DNA from: a bacterium
Lineage (GTDB): Bacteria; Zhuqueibacterota; Zhuqueibacteria; Oceanimicrobiales; Oceanimicrobiaceae
Reading direction: 5' to 3'
NCBI GenBank assembly: GCA_046757165.1
Contig: JBHHXT010000015.1
Location: forward strand, 1 to 49,265
DNA: 49,265 bases
Positions within the stretch are counted from its first letter, which is position 1. Each line of letters starts with the position of its first letter. Positions 1-9,533 of the stretch are shown here, piece by piece. Below the pieces are notes generated by a model. It was given only the letters and a program-made list of their open reading frames with translations. It searched no databases and had not been told where the DNA came from. The position numbers and the translations under genes are program-made.

Positions 1-89
1 AACTGTCGCAATGCTGAAGCATTGCACTCCGGTGTCAAGCTGGTGGATCGTTGAGACAAAAAATCATGCGCGCACGGCCTGGCAATGGC

Positions 90-1046
90 TCATGCGACCA
101 GCGTCGTGGCACCGAGTATCGCCGGATGGCCCTTTTGCATCTTCGAGAGCAGAATCGGAATCTTACCCTTATAGACGGGCATCAGATAGCCCTCGAAGGA
201 TTTTCGAGTCGGCTTTAACATCAGATCGCCGGTATTGGCGACCCCTCCCATAAGAATGAACGCCTCCGGGTCCAGACACGCCGCCACATCGGCCAATTTG
301 CGTCCCAGCACTTTGCCGGTGAACGCCAACACTTCCAGGGCAAGGGCGTCTTGTTTGTGAGCAGCGTCCGAGATCATCTTGGCGGTTAAGCTGTCAAAGC
401 TGATGCCGCACAATTCGCTGTCATAAAGGCGTGAGCTCATCAGCTCGATGGCAGTGCGTCGGATGCCGTTGGCAGAAACATAGGTTTCCAGACAGCCAAA
501 GCGGCCACAAGCACATTGTCGGCCGCCCACGACCGCTGTCATATGACCGAGCTCGCCCGCCAACCCATTCGAGCCGTTGAGAATCTCACGGTTGATAACA
601 ATCCCGCCGCCAAGTCCCGTGCCCAGGGTAATCACAACAAACGATTTCATCTCTTTGGCCAGCCCAAAGCGCATCTCCCCGAGCGCGGCAGCATTGGCAT
701 CATTGATGATCCTTATGGGTAACTTATAGTGCTGCTGAAGAAGCGCAACAAGATTAATGGTGCCCCACTTCAAATTCGCAGGAGACTCGATGGTTCCTTG
801 CAAATAGTTGACATTTGGCGCGGCAATCCCTATCCCTTTGCAAACACGCTCCTTCGACAGTTTCGCACATTCCTGCTCCACGACCTCTTCGAGCTGTGCA
901 ACAAAACTGGAAGCCGTCTCATGCACATCCGTCGCAAACGACCTTTGCGCAAAAATATGACCCGTCGTGTCCACAAAGCCCAGCTCGGTATTCGTCCCCC
1001 CGATGTCGACACCGATAAAAAACGCCTCTTTAACCAGCTTATCCAC
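90..1046 (-). CDS. ROK family sugar kinase (glucokinase)
   Basis: N-terminal GVDIGGT, NDANAAALGE, TLGTGLGGG and GELGH...CACGRFGCLE ROK zinc motif; GTG start. Confidence 0.9.
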   Translation of the reverse strand: MDKLVKEAFFIGVDIGGTNTELGFVDTTGHIFAQRSFATDVHETASSFVAQLEEVVEQECAKLSKERVCKGIGIAAPNVNYLQGTIESPANLKWGTINLVALLQQHYKLPIRIINDANAAALGEMRFGLAKEMKSFVVITLGTGLGGGIVINREILNGSNGLAGELGHMTAVVGGRQCACGRFGCLETYVSANGIRRTAIELMSSRLYDSELCGISFDSLTAKMISDAAHKQDALALEVLAFTGKVLGRKLADVAACLDPEAFILMGGVANTGDLMLKPTRKSFEGYLMPVYKGKIPILLSKMQKGHPAILGATTLVA

Positions 1047-1054
1047 CTTACCTT

Positions 1055-3172
1055 CTACCTTTCACCTGCTCCCTGCTCCACCCACTTACCCTGTTTCTTG
1101 ATCAATTCGATCAACCTTTCGTCGGCGTGCTCTTGCGGAATGTTGCGCTCCACACACTCTTTACCCACAAACAAGTTGACCTTGCCGGGTCCTGCGCCCA
1201 CGTAGCCAAAGTCAGCATCCGCCATCTCGCCGGGACCATTGACGATGCACCCCATGATGGCAATCTTCACGCCTTTCAAATGGTCTGTTTTCGACTTGAT
1301 GCGCTCTGTCGTCGTTTGCAGGTCAAAAAGCGTGCGACCGCACGAAGGACAGGAAATATACTCGGTTTTGGAAATGCGCAACCGTGTGGCCTGCAAGATG
1401 TCATAGCCAAGCGGCAGGAGCCGCGTGGCGGGCAAGGTCGAGTCGAGATGAAGGGTGTCACCAATGCCGTCACAGAGCAGCGCGCCCAGTTGCGACGCCG
1501 TCTGCAGCAGGGCGGTTTCCATCCGTCCGTTGGCGGTGTACCGCAGCAGAATGGGCAGATGTGCGCCGAGCGCGTCGAGGCGGCCAGCCAAATAGCGATA
1601 CGCACTGACGATTGAAAACCTACCGTACTCGCCCGATAGCGAGAACAGGACATTCCAGTAATCCAATTTCCGACACAGGTTGAGAATCACGCGCACGCTT
1701 TCATCCATCTCCGAAAACTGCGCCACCCCTGCCAGCAGGAATGCGCGACCCGGTGTTAACTTCCACTCAACAGGTCGGTTGTGGCGGGCCGCCGCTTTGA
1801 CGGTTTCCGCCACACTCTCCATCTCCCCGTTCAATCGTGGCGAAAAAACCAACCGGTCGGCCGCGCCAGCCACTTCACAAGCCAGCTCAGGGCTATCTGA
1901 AAAATCCACGGCAAACGGCACCTCCAACCCAGAACGGGAAGCGGCCTCCCTCAAGCGCTGCAAATGCACTGCTTGTTGCGGTGAGGCCACCTTGACATGC
2001 ACCGTCTCGCAGACGAATGCCTGCTCCGAAAGAAGTGGCAACGTGCTCTGGTCCTGCTTCCCCAACATCCCGGCCAATTCTTCGATCACAGCCTGCACAT
2101 CCGAAAGTGGTGTTGTCAGGGACAGCTCAACACGTGGAACCTCTTCGGAGCCTAATTTGTGGTAAACCTGGTCACAGACAAGCGTGTTACGGCGCTGATA
2201 CTCGAAGGCGGATGGCGTCCGGATCGAATTTCTCCAGGTCTTGCTCCAGGCCTCTGCCAACACCCCATTGCCATTCTTTGCCAGGTTGTTGAACTTCTCA
2301 ACCAGCTTGAAGGCCACCGGGACTTCTGCCACCGCGTCTTCGGTAAGCGAAACGCGAATGGTGTCGCCGATGCCATCTTCCAGAAGCCCACCGATGCCAA
2401 CCGCGGACTTGATCCGGCCCTCCGCGCCATCACCCGCCTCTGTGACCCCGAGGTGAAAAGGATAGGTCATCCCCAGCTCGAGCATGCGGGCGGCCAGCAG
2501 CCGGTAGGCCTGGATCGCCACCAGGGGATTGGAGGACTTCATGGAAAGAATGATATCGTGAAATTCATATTTCTCGCAGATGCGCACAAATTCGAGCGCG
2601 GATTCCACCATGCCTTCTGCCGTGTCACCATACCGGTTCATGATGCGGTCCGAAAGCGAGCCGTGATTGGTGCCGATGCGCAGCGCGCGGCCCAGCGACT
2701 TGCATTTGAGCACGAGAGGCTTGAACTTCTCCTCGATGCGGCGCAACTCCTGCGCATATTCCGCCTCTGTGTACTCGCGCTGTTCAAACCTTTTCTTGTC
2801 CGCGTAATTGCCCGGGTTGATCCGCACTTTTTCGACGTATTCGGCCGCGACCAGGGCGGCGTTCGGCGTGTAATGGATATCCGCGACCAACGGAACGCGG
2901 ACGCCCCGCTTCGTCAGCTCAGCCTTGATATTCTTTAGATTCTCCGCCTCGCGCAGGGAGGGCGCGGTAATGCGCACAATTTCGCAGCCAGCCTCCACAA
3001 GCAGAATCACTTCTCTGACCGTCGCCTCCGTATCCAGGGTGTCGGCGATGGTCATCGATTGCACCCGGATGGGGTTGTCACCACCAACGCCGACCTCTCC
3101 GACTTTGACTTCGCGGGTTTTGCGCCGGCGGTAGAGGAGAATATCTTGACAATATCGAGATGCTTCTTGCAT
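1055..3172 (-). CDS. ispG: HMBPP synthase IspG (long, three-domain form)
   Basis: PIRVQSMT, PLVADIHY, RINPGN, RIGTNHGSLS, HLGVTEAG, CPSCGR and GCIVNGPGE motifs; start moved to ATG 3172 (MQEASRY) behind AGAGGG. Confidence 0.95.
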   Translation of the reverse strand: MQEASRYCQDILLYRRRKTREVKVGEVGVGGDNPIRVQSMTIADTLDTEATVREVILLVEAGCEIVRITAPSLREAENLKNIKAELTKRGVRVPLVADIHYTPNAALVAAEYVEKVRINPGNYADKKRFEQREYTEAEYAQELRRIEEKFKPLVLKCKSLGRALRIGTNHGSLSDRIMNRYGDTAEGMVESALEFVRICEKYEFHDIILSMKSSNPLVAIQAYRLLAARMLELGMTYPFHLGVTEAGDGAEGRIKSAVGIGGLLEDGIGDTIRVSLTEDAVAEVPVAFKLVEKFNNLAKNGNGVLAEAWSKTWRNSIRTPSAFEYQRRNTLVCDQVYHKLGSEEVPRVELSLTTPLSDVQAVIEELAGMLGKQDQSTLPLLSEQAFVCETVHVKVASPQQAVHLQRLREAASRSGLEVPFAVDFSDSPELACEVAGAADRLVFSPRLNGEMESVAETVKAAARHNRPVEWKLTPGRAFLLAGVAQFSEMDESVRVILNLCRKLDYWNVLFSLSGEYGRFSIVSAYRYLAGRLDALGAHLPILLRYTANGRMETALLQTASQLGALLCDGIGDTLHLDSTLPATRLLPLGYDILQATRLRISKTEYISCPSCGRTLFDLQTTTERIKSKTDHLKGVKIAIMGCIVNGPGEMADADFGYVGAGPGKVNLFVGKECVERNIPQEHADERLIELIKKQGKWVEQGAGER

Positions 3173-3354
3173 TATCCCTCTTTTTCGCTGTCCTAGATCT
3201 GGATTATTCTCATGCCAAAAACACAAACTTAGAGAAAAAAAATGTTCAAATCAAGAATAAACGTAAATCATTGCAAAAGTGTTGCCACAATTCAGTTGCT
3301 TTCTCGCCGCTTTTGCGTTATCTTTAGACTCCAACTAAGCGAAGGAACTGAATC

Positions 3355-3711
3355 GTGGACAGAAAGCTTTACTGCTATCGCGCGACCATCATTAGTGTTT
3401 ACGACGGAGACACCGTTCGCGCGGACATTGACCTGGGTCTCAAAACGTGGGTCAAGAATGAAAAGCTGCGGCTGGCCCGCATCAATGCTCCTGAACTCCG
3501 CGGGGACGAGAGAGAAGCAGGCCTGGCAGCACGGGACTTTCTGCGCGACAAGATTCTCGAGCACGATGTGATCATCGAAACACTGAAGGATAAGAAAGGG
3601 AAATACGGCAGGTATCTGGTCGAAATCTGGCTTGAACAGGAGGGGGAAGAATCTATCAACGTCAACGACCTGATGGTTGAGGCCGGACATGCGGACTACC
3701 ACGATTATTGA
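3355..3711 (+). CDS. Thermonuclease (SNase-like) family protein
   Basis: VYDGDT, RLARINAPE and GKYGRYL staphylococcal-nuclease motifs; AAGGA RBS; no signal peptide. Confidence 0.85.
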   Translation: MDRKLYCYRATIISVYDGDTVRADIDLGLKTWVKNEKLRLARINAPELRGDEREAGLAARDFLRDKILEHDVIIETLKDKKGKYGRYLVEIWLEQEGEESINVNDLMVEAGHADYHDY

Positions 3712-3726
3712 CCCTTCGGACAAAGA

Positions 3727-3927
3727 ATGAAAACCCTGAAAAACTTCTTAAAACCGAAATTTATCCTCGAATGGAGAGCGCTGTGGAAAGAGTACGGCTT
3801 CAAGGAATTCCTCAGGCGTAAAGGCTGGAAAGTCATCGTCGTGATCTTCGTGTTTTACCTGGTTCGAGATTCGTTCCTGTATCTTCTCTTGCCCTATCTC
3901 GCGGCGCGCGGGCTGCTTGGTTGTTGA
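3727..3927 (+). CDS. Small hypothetical membrane protein (66 aa)
   Basis: Fills the gap between co-oriented genes; basic N-terminus followed by a hydrophobic segment. Confidence 0.6.
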   Translation: MKTLKNFLKPKFILEWRALWKEYGFKEFLRRKGWKVIVVIFVFYLVRDSFLYLLLPYLAARGLLGC

Positions 3928-3969
3928 ATCCTGTTGCAGCGCTAATCTCAAAAATGAAAGGACGCAAGC

Positions 3970-5220
3970 ATGGCTGGAGATCGAGTCGCGATCATTGCCG
4001 GAACCAGAACGCCATTTGTGAAAGCTGGAACCGTGTTCAAGAGCCACTCGGCACTCGACCTGGGGGTCCATTCGGTTAAGGGACTCATCCAACAACACGA
4101 TGTGCCGGTGGCCGCCGTTGACGAGCTTGTCTTCGGCATCGTCATCCTGGATCCCCGAATTCCAAACATTGCCCGTGAAATCGTGTTCAACACGGAGCTG
4201 TCCGCTCAGGTGCGGGCCCATACGGTCTCCAACAATTGCATCACAGGCATTCATGCGATCACCGCTGCTTACGACTCCATCATGCGCGGCCGGACAGAAA
4301 TCGCCATCGCCGGTGGCGTCGAGTCCATGTCCAATCCGCCAATCCTGTTCAGCAAGGCGTTTTCGCGCCTTTTGATGGATGCCACGTCGGCGAAAACGCT
4401 CGGCGCGCGCATGGGCCAGTTTCTGAAAATCCGGCCCTGGCATTTCAAACCCAACGCCCCGGCGATTGCGGAACCCTCCACCGGCCTGAGTATGGGCGAG
4501 CACACCGAAATCATGGCAAAAGAATGGCAAATCACCCGTGAAGGGCAGGATGAAATTGCCTACCGGAGTCACATGAACGCTCACGCTGCAACGGAGGATG
4601 GCCGGCTAAAAGCAGAAATCCATCCGCTCGACGGCGTCGCGCACGATTTGACTATCCGCTCAGATACGACGCTGGAGAAATTGTCCCAATTGAAACCCGT
4701 CTTTGACCGCAGCTCGGCAGGCACCATCACCGCAGGCACCTCCAGTCCCCTGACCGATGGCGCTTCCGCTGTGCTTCTGATGTCCGAAGCGCGAGCCAAA
4801 CAAGAAAAGCGCGAGCCGCTGGCCTTCATCAAAGCCTTCGAATACGCTGCCATCGACCCGAAGGATGGGCTGCTCATGGCGCCGTGTGTTGCGGTGCCGC
4901 GGCTGTTAGAAAAAGCAGGCCTGACTCTGGCAGATATGGACCAGGTAGAAATACACGAGGCGTTTGCTGCGCAGGTGCTCTGCAATCTCAAAGCCTGGGA
5001 GCAGGGATGGAAGGAAAAGGCCATCGGCCAGGTCGACCAGGAGAAACTGAACCTGCTTGGCGGCTCGATTGCGACGGGCCACCCGTTTGCAGCAACCGGC
5101 GGCCGCATTGTGACAACCCTGGCGAATGAAATGAAACGGCGCAGAGCAAGATACGGCCTTGTGAGTATTTGTGCCGCCGGAGCGATGGCAGCAGCGATGA
5201 TTCTGGAGAGGGAGGCTTAG
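3970..5220 (+). CDS. Acetyl-CoA C-acyltransferase (thiolase, FadI-like)
   Basis: RTPF, catalytic Cys in SNNCITG, HEAFAAQ, GHPFAATG and SICAAG thiolase motifs. Confidence 0.9.
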   Translation: MAGDRVAIIAGTRTPFVKAGTVFKSHSALDLGVHSVKGLIQQHDVPVAAVDELVFGIVILDPRIPNIAREIVFNTELSAQVRAHTVSNNCITGIHAITAAYDSIMRGRTEIAIAGGVESMSNPPILFSKAFSRLLMDATSAKTLGARMGQFLKIRPWHFKPNAPAIAEPSTGLSMGEHTEIMAKEWQITREGQDEIAYRSHMNAHAATEDGRLKAEIHPLDGVAHDLTIRSDTTLEKLSQLKPVFDRSSAGTITAGTSSPLTDGASAVLLMSEARAKQEKREPLAFIKAFEYAAIDPKDGLLMAPCVAVPRLLEKAGLTLADMDQVEIHEAFAAQVLCNLKAWEQGWKEKAIGQVDQEKLNLLGGSIATGHPFAATGGRIVTTLANEMKRRRARYGLVSICAAGAMAAAMILEREA

Positions 5221-5222
5221 CT

Positions 5223-5978
5223 TCAAATAATATAAAGACTCTTCAACGCCTCGCGCGCCGCATACTGTTCCGCCCGCTTCTTGCTGTTGGCCGTTCCTTT
5301 GCCGAGCACGTCATCCTGAATCTTGACTTCGATGGTGAAAATTCGTTCATGGTCGGGCCCTGCTACGGCATGCACGTGGTAGCACGGCGTGCCGAGATTC
5401 TGGCTCTGCGAGTACTCCAGCAGCATGCTTTTGAAATTCGTGTGCAGCTCGTCCTTGATAATATCATCGAAGTTGCACAGGATTTTGTCCTCGACGAAAA
5501 GCCGCACACTTTCCAGCCCACCGTCGAGATAAATGGCGCCGATGATTGCCTCCAGAGCATCTGAGTTGATGGAAGCCCGGTTGCGCCCGCCGGATTTCTC
5601 CTCGGCGTCGCTCAGCAGAAAGAAATTCCCCAGCTTCAGGGCGCGCGAAATCTTGGCCAGAATCCGGCGGCTGACCACCAGTGATTTCATGTTCGTCAGT
5701 TCGCCTTCTTCTTTGTGGGGATAGCGATGGTACAGAAATTCGATGACCACCAGACCGAGAACCGCGTCTCCCAGCAATTCGAGTCGTTCGTTAGAATGAA
5801 TCCGATGTTCTTGCGTGATAGGAAGGAAGGATCGATGCTTGAGGGCTCGAATGAAGAGTTCCTGGTTTCTGAAATCGTAACCGAGCGTCTCCTTGAGTGC
5901 CGAAAAATCGATCTTGTGTATGCTTTCCTCAGGAGGGGGAAAGATACGCTTGAGTGGAAGCTTGATCCAGTTGAGCAT
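5223..5978 (-). CDS. rnc: Ribonuclease III
   Basis: NERLELLGDAVL signature and C-terminal dsRBD (GPDH...SKKRAEQ); ATG 5978 preferred over TTG 5993. Confidence 0.95.
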   Translation of the reverse strand: MLNWIKLPLKRIFPPPEESIHKIDFSALKETLGYDFRNQELFIRALKHRSFLPITQEHRIHSNERLELLGDAVLGLVVIEFLYHRYPHKEEGELTNMKSLVVSRRILAKISRALKLGNFFLLSDAEEKSGGRNRASINSDALEAIIGAIYLDGGLESVRLFVEDKILCNFDDIIKDELHTNFKSMLLEYSQSQNLGTPCYHVHAVAGPDHERIFTIEVKIQDDVLGKGTANSKKRAEQYAAREALKSLYII

Positions 5979-6011
5979 ACCCGAAGCAGCCAAAGTTAGC
6001 GGATGACGAAC

Positions 6012-7268
6012 TTACTCGGTAAAGTTCTTCACGATAATGGATACATTGTGTCCCCCAAAACCAAACGAGTTTGACAGCGCAGCTCTCACTTCTCTCTTTT
6101 TCGGCTCGTTTGCGGTGTAGTTTAGATCGCATTCAGGATCAGGCGTTTCCTGGTTGATGGTTGGGTGTACACAATCGTAGTAAAGCGACAACACCGATAC
6201 GATAATCTCAACGCCGCCGGAGGCACCAAGCAGATGGCCGATCATGGATTTCGTGGAGTTGATGTTGATCTTGTAGGCGTGGCCGCCAAAGACTTTCTTA
6301 ATGGCGTTGGTCTCTGCCACGTCGCCATGTGGCGTGGAGGTGCCATGGGTATTGATATAGTCGATATCCTGCGGCTGCAGACCGCCTCGTTTCAACGCCA
6401 GTCGCATCGCCTCCGTTGCGCCATCACCACCAGGGGCAGGAGCCGTAATATGGTAAGCATCTGCGGTATATCCGACACCGGCGATTTCTCCGTAGATGTT
6501 CGCGCCGCGGTCAAGGGCGTGCTCGAGACTTTCTAAGATAAGCATGCCCGCCCCCTCGCCCATAACAAACCCATCCCGGTCCTTGTCAAACGGACGGCTC
6601 GCTTTTTCAGGCGCATCATTGCGGGTGGAAAGCGCCTTCATGGCATTGAAACCACCAACGCCGAGCTGCGTAATGCAGGCTTCCGCCCCGCCCGTAATCA
6701 TGATATCGGCATCCCCGCGCGCAACGGTGTGGAACGCCTCGCCCAAGGCGTGTGAGCTCGAAGCACAGGCCGACACGGTGGTGAAATTGGGCCCGTTCAA
6801 CCCGTAGCGAATCGCAATATATCCTGGTGCAATGTCTGAGATCATCATCGGAATGAAAAACGGGCTAATTCGCCTTGGCCCGCGCTCGAAGAGCGTGCGA
6901 GATTGTGCTTCGAAGGTAGTCATGCCACCGATGCCCGAGCCGGTGATCACGCCAACCCGTCCTCTGGCTTCCTTTTCAAAGTCCAGGCCCGCATCCTCAA
7001 CCGCACTCACCGCCGCAGCAATCGCGAATTGGGTGAACAAATCCATCTTGCGGACTTCCTTGCGGTCAAGAAAATTGTCCGGCTCGAAATCTTGAATCTC
7101 GCCAGCAAACTTCGTCACAAATTCAGCCGTGTCAAATCGGGTGATCTGTGTGATGCCACTCTTGCCTGCCAGCAAATTCTGCCAAAACGTCTGGACGTCG
7201 TGGCCCACTGCCGACACGACCCCCATGCCGGTGACAACGACTCGTCTTGAATCCAACCTGGTAGTCAT
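6012..7268 (-). CDS. fabF: 3-oxoacyl-ACP synthase II
   Basis: RRVVVTGMG, SACASS, HGTST, KSMIGHLLGA and SNSFGFGGHN motifs. Confidence 0.97.
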   Translation of the reverse strand: MTTRLDSRRVVVTGMGVVSAVGHDVQTFWQNLLAGKSGITQITRFDTAEFVTKFAGEIQDFEPDNFLDRKEVRKMDLFTQFAIAAAVSAVEDAGLDFEKEARGRVGVITGSGIGGMTTFEAQSRTLFERGPRRISPFFIPMMISDIAPGYIAIRYGLNGPNFTTVSACASSSHALGEAFHTVARGDADIMITGGAEACITQLGVGGFNAMKALSTRNDAPEKASRPFDKDRDGFVMGEGAGMLILESLEHALDRGANIYGEIAGVGYTADAYHITAPAPGGDGATEAMRLALKRGGLQPQDIDYINTHGTSTPHGDVAETNAIKKVFGGHAYKININSTKSMIGHLLGASGGVEIIVSVLSLYYDCVHPTINQETPDPECDLNYTANEPKKREVRAALSNSFGFGGHNVSIIVKNFTE

Positions 7269-7344
7269 AAATAACTGTATTGATTAGATGAGTGCTTCGC
7301 TTTTCTCCCTTGGAGTGACTGTGACTGTGTCCGAGCCAGCTATT

Positions 7345-7590
7345 CTATTCCGCCTTCGCATCTATCTTGGTCCCGAGATACTTAATGGCTTCGCCCACCG
7401 TATTCATTTTTTCCGCGTCTTCATCAGGAATTTCAATATCAAACTCTTCTTCGAAGGCCATGACCAATTCTACAGTATCGAGAGAATCCGCCCCAAGATC
7501 ATCGATAAAGGACGCGGCTTCTATGACTTCCGCAGCATCGACGCCCAACTGCTCAACGATGATGTCTTTGACCCTATCTTTCAATGCCAT
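7345..7590 (-). CDS. acpP: Acyl carrier protein
   Basis: [14 protein letters not shown] phosphopantetheine site; GGAGGAG RBS. Confidence 0.97.
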   Translation of the reverse strand: MALKDRVKDIIVEQLGVDAAEVIEAASFIDDLGADSLDTVELVMAFEEEFDIEIPDEDAEKMNTVGEAIKYLGTKIDAKAE

Positions 7591-7671
7591 CAAACTCTCC
7601 TCCTAGATTATATGAGTATGTTAAAGATTCCAATTAAGGGTAGAATAGTTGATTGAGCATAACACTGAGAT

Positions 7672-8415
7672 CTACATGACCATGCCGCCATCGACATTGA
7701 GCACCTGGCCCGTGATGTAATTCGACTCATCCGAGGCCAGAAAGGCCACTGCCGAGGCGACCTCTTCGGGGGCTCCGATGCGACCCAGTGGAATAGCCGT
7801 TGCCAGATTATCCTTGACTTCAGCCGGCAGACTGTCCGTCATGTCGGTTGCAATAAAGCCGGGTGCGATTGCATTCACTTGAACATTGCGCGCCGCCAAT
7901 TCCCGTGCAACCGATTTGGTCAGCCCGATAACCCCCGCTTTCGAAGCGCAGTAGTTCGCCTGGCCGGCATTGCCCATGACACCAACGATAGAGGTAATAT
8001 TGATAATCTTCCCCTGACGTTGTTTCATGAACGTCTTGGTTGCTGCACGGATGCAGTTATACGTTCCTTTCAGATTCACGGCCAGCACTTCGTCCCACTG
8101 CTCCTGGCTCATCCGAATCAACAAGTTGTCGCGGGTAATTCCGGCATTGTTGACCAGGATATCGATCTTTGAAAAGTGTTCAAGCGTGGCCTTTGTCAGC
8201 GCTTCGGCCTGCTCGAACTCGGCCACGTTCGCTGCCAGCGCCAAAGACTGACCTCCCGATTTCTCGATTTCAACAGCAACGTGCTGCGCGTTCTCCACGG
8301 TCGTCGCTGTCACGACCACGTGCGCGCCTTCCCGTGCCAGCCGCAACGCGATGGCCTTGCCAATCCCTCTCGACGCACCCGTGACCACGGCAACTTTGTT
8401 ATTTAGAGTGGACAT
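7672..8415 (-). CDS. fabG: 3-oxoacyl-ACP reductase
   Basis: TGASRGIG, NNAGITRD and YCASK motifs; position in the fab cluster. Confidence 0.96.
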   Translation of the reverse strand: MSTLNNKVAVVTGASRGIGKAIALRLAREGAHVVVTATTVENAQHVAVEIEKSGGQSLALAANVAEFEQAEALTKATLEHFSKIDILVNNAGITRDNLLIRMSQEQWDEVLAVNLKGTYNCIRAATKTFMKQRQGKIINITSIVGVMGNAGQANYCASKAGVIGLTKSVARELAARNVQVNAIAPGFIATDMTDSLPAEVKDNLATAIPLGRIGAPEEVASAVAFLASDESNYITGQVLNVDGGMVM

Positions 8416-8425
8416 ACTAGCTCAC

Positions 8426-9343
8426 CTAAAGAGATTCCAGAGATTCTACACTGTTGATGGTTTTGCCTGTCACCTCGCGACAGATCCTGCGCAAGAGCCC
8501 TGTCAAAACGGAACCGGGACCGATTTCGTAAAACTCGGTGGCACCATCGGCAATCATGTTCTCGATGATTTCCATCCACCGCACCGGGCGGGTCAGTTGT
8601 TTCAGCAACAGTCGTCTGATCTCCTTTGCATCGGTCACGGGCCTGGCGGTCACGTTTGAATAGACCGGAACCGCCCCATTCTCGATCTGAACACGATCTA
8701 GTCCTTCTCCGAGCCCAGCAGCCGCATACTCCATCAAAAGCGAATGGAATGCTCCGCCGACAACGAGCGGCACCACGCGTTTGGCCCCGCTCTCTTTCGC
8801 GATAGCCATCGCCCGCTCAACACCAGCCGTCGAACCGGAGATGACAATCTGTGAGGGCGAGTTGAAATTCGCCACCCCCACGATACCGGCGCCGGAGGCT
8901 TCATCGCACACACGCTCCAGGGTCGCCGCGTTCAGGCCGATGACCGCTGCCATCGTCCCCGCGTTCATCTCGCCAGCCGTCTGCATCAACTCGGCTCTGA
9001 GCTTCACCAGTCGCAAGCCATCCTCAAACGTCAGTGCCCCTGCCGAATGTAACGCTGAGTATTCACCCAGACTGTGACCCGCTGCCATATCAGCAGCAAG
9101 ATCTCGCTCTCTCACCAGGTGATTCAACGCGGCACTGTGCACAAAAATGGCAGGTTGGGTGAGGCGAGTTTGTTTCAACGCTTCCTCCGGGCCCTGGAAA
9201 CAAACCTGTGCCAAATCGAACTCCAGGATTTCATTCGCTGTCCGGTATAGATCTCTGACCTGGTCAAAGTTGTCGTATAGATCGTTCGCCATCCCAACGA
9301 ATTGCGAACCCTGACCCGGAAAAATGAACGCTCTCTTGCTGAT
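8426..9343 (-). CDS. fabD: Malonyl-CoA:ACP transacylase, probable ATC start
   Basis: GHSLGEY and GAFHS motifs. The conserved AFIFPGQGSQ lies upstream of the tracked ATG (9292); the frame is open to ATC at 9343, which follows GAGGAGG by 7 nt, and an in-frame TAG lies at 9365-9367. Confidence 0.93.
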   Translation of the reverse strand: MSKRAFIFPGQGSQFVGMANDLYDNFDQVRDLYRTANEILEFDLAQVCFQGPEEALKQTRLTQPAIFVHSAALNHLVRERDLAADMAAGHSLGEYSALHSAGALTFEDGLRLVKLRAELMQTAGEMNAGTMAAVIGLNAATLERVCDEASGAGIVGVANFNSPSQIVISGSTAGVERAMAIAKESGAKRVVPLVVGGAFHSLLMEYAAAGLGEGLDRVQIENGAVPVYSNVTARPVTDAKEIRRLLLKQLTRPVRWMEIIENMIADGATEFYEIGPGSVLTGLLRRICREVTGKTINSVESLESL

Positions 9344-9367
9344 CTCCTGCCCTCCTCGGGGTGTCTA

Positions 9368-9533
9368 GCCTGCATAATTCATAAACTTATAAACTATGCT
9401 CAAATACCTGAATAGAAGTTTTGGATAAAGCTGCTTTTTAAAGTTTGTAGTGCACGCGTCAGCGTGCTGTTTTTTAAACCTTTGGCCGCCTGACGGCGGC
9501 ACTACGAACAGACAATTCATGAATAATGCAGGC
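9368..9533. mobile_element. MITE-like 166-bp element
   Basis: Imperfect terminal inverted repeats GCCTGCATAATTCATAAACT / GCCTGCATTATTCATGAATT, each flanked by TA; no ORF; internal GTAG hairpin pair. Confidence 0.7.

Noticed and set aside
1..89. Start of a further gene downstream of the glucokinase
   Set aside because: Both minus-strand ATGs close within about 10 codons, so there is not enough evidence.
8426..9375. fabD as a truncated or frameshifted pseudogene
   Set aside because: The N-terminal motif is in frame and intact with a strong RBS; the 9175-9375 ORF is an unrelated frame.
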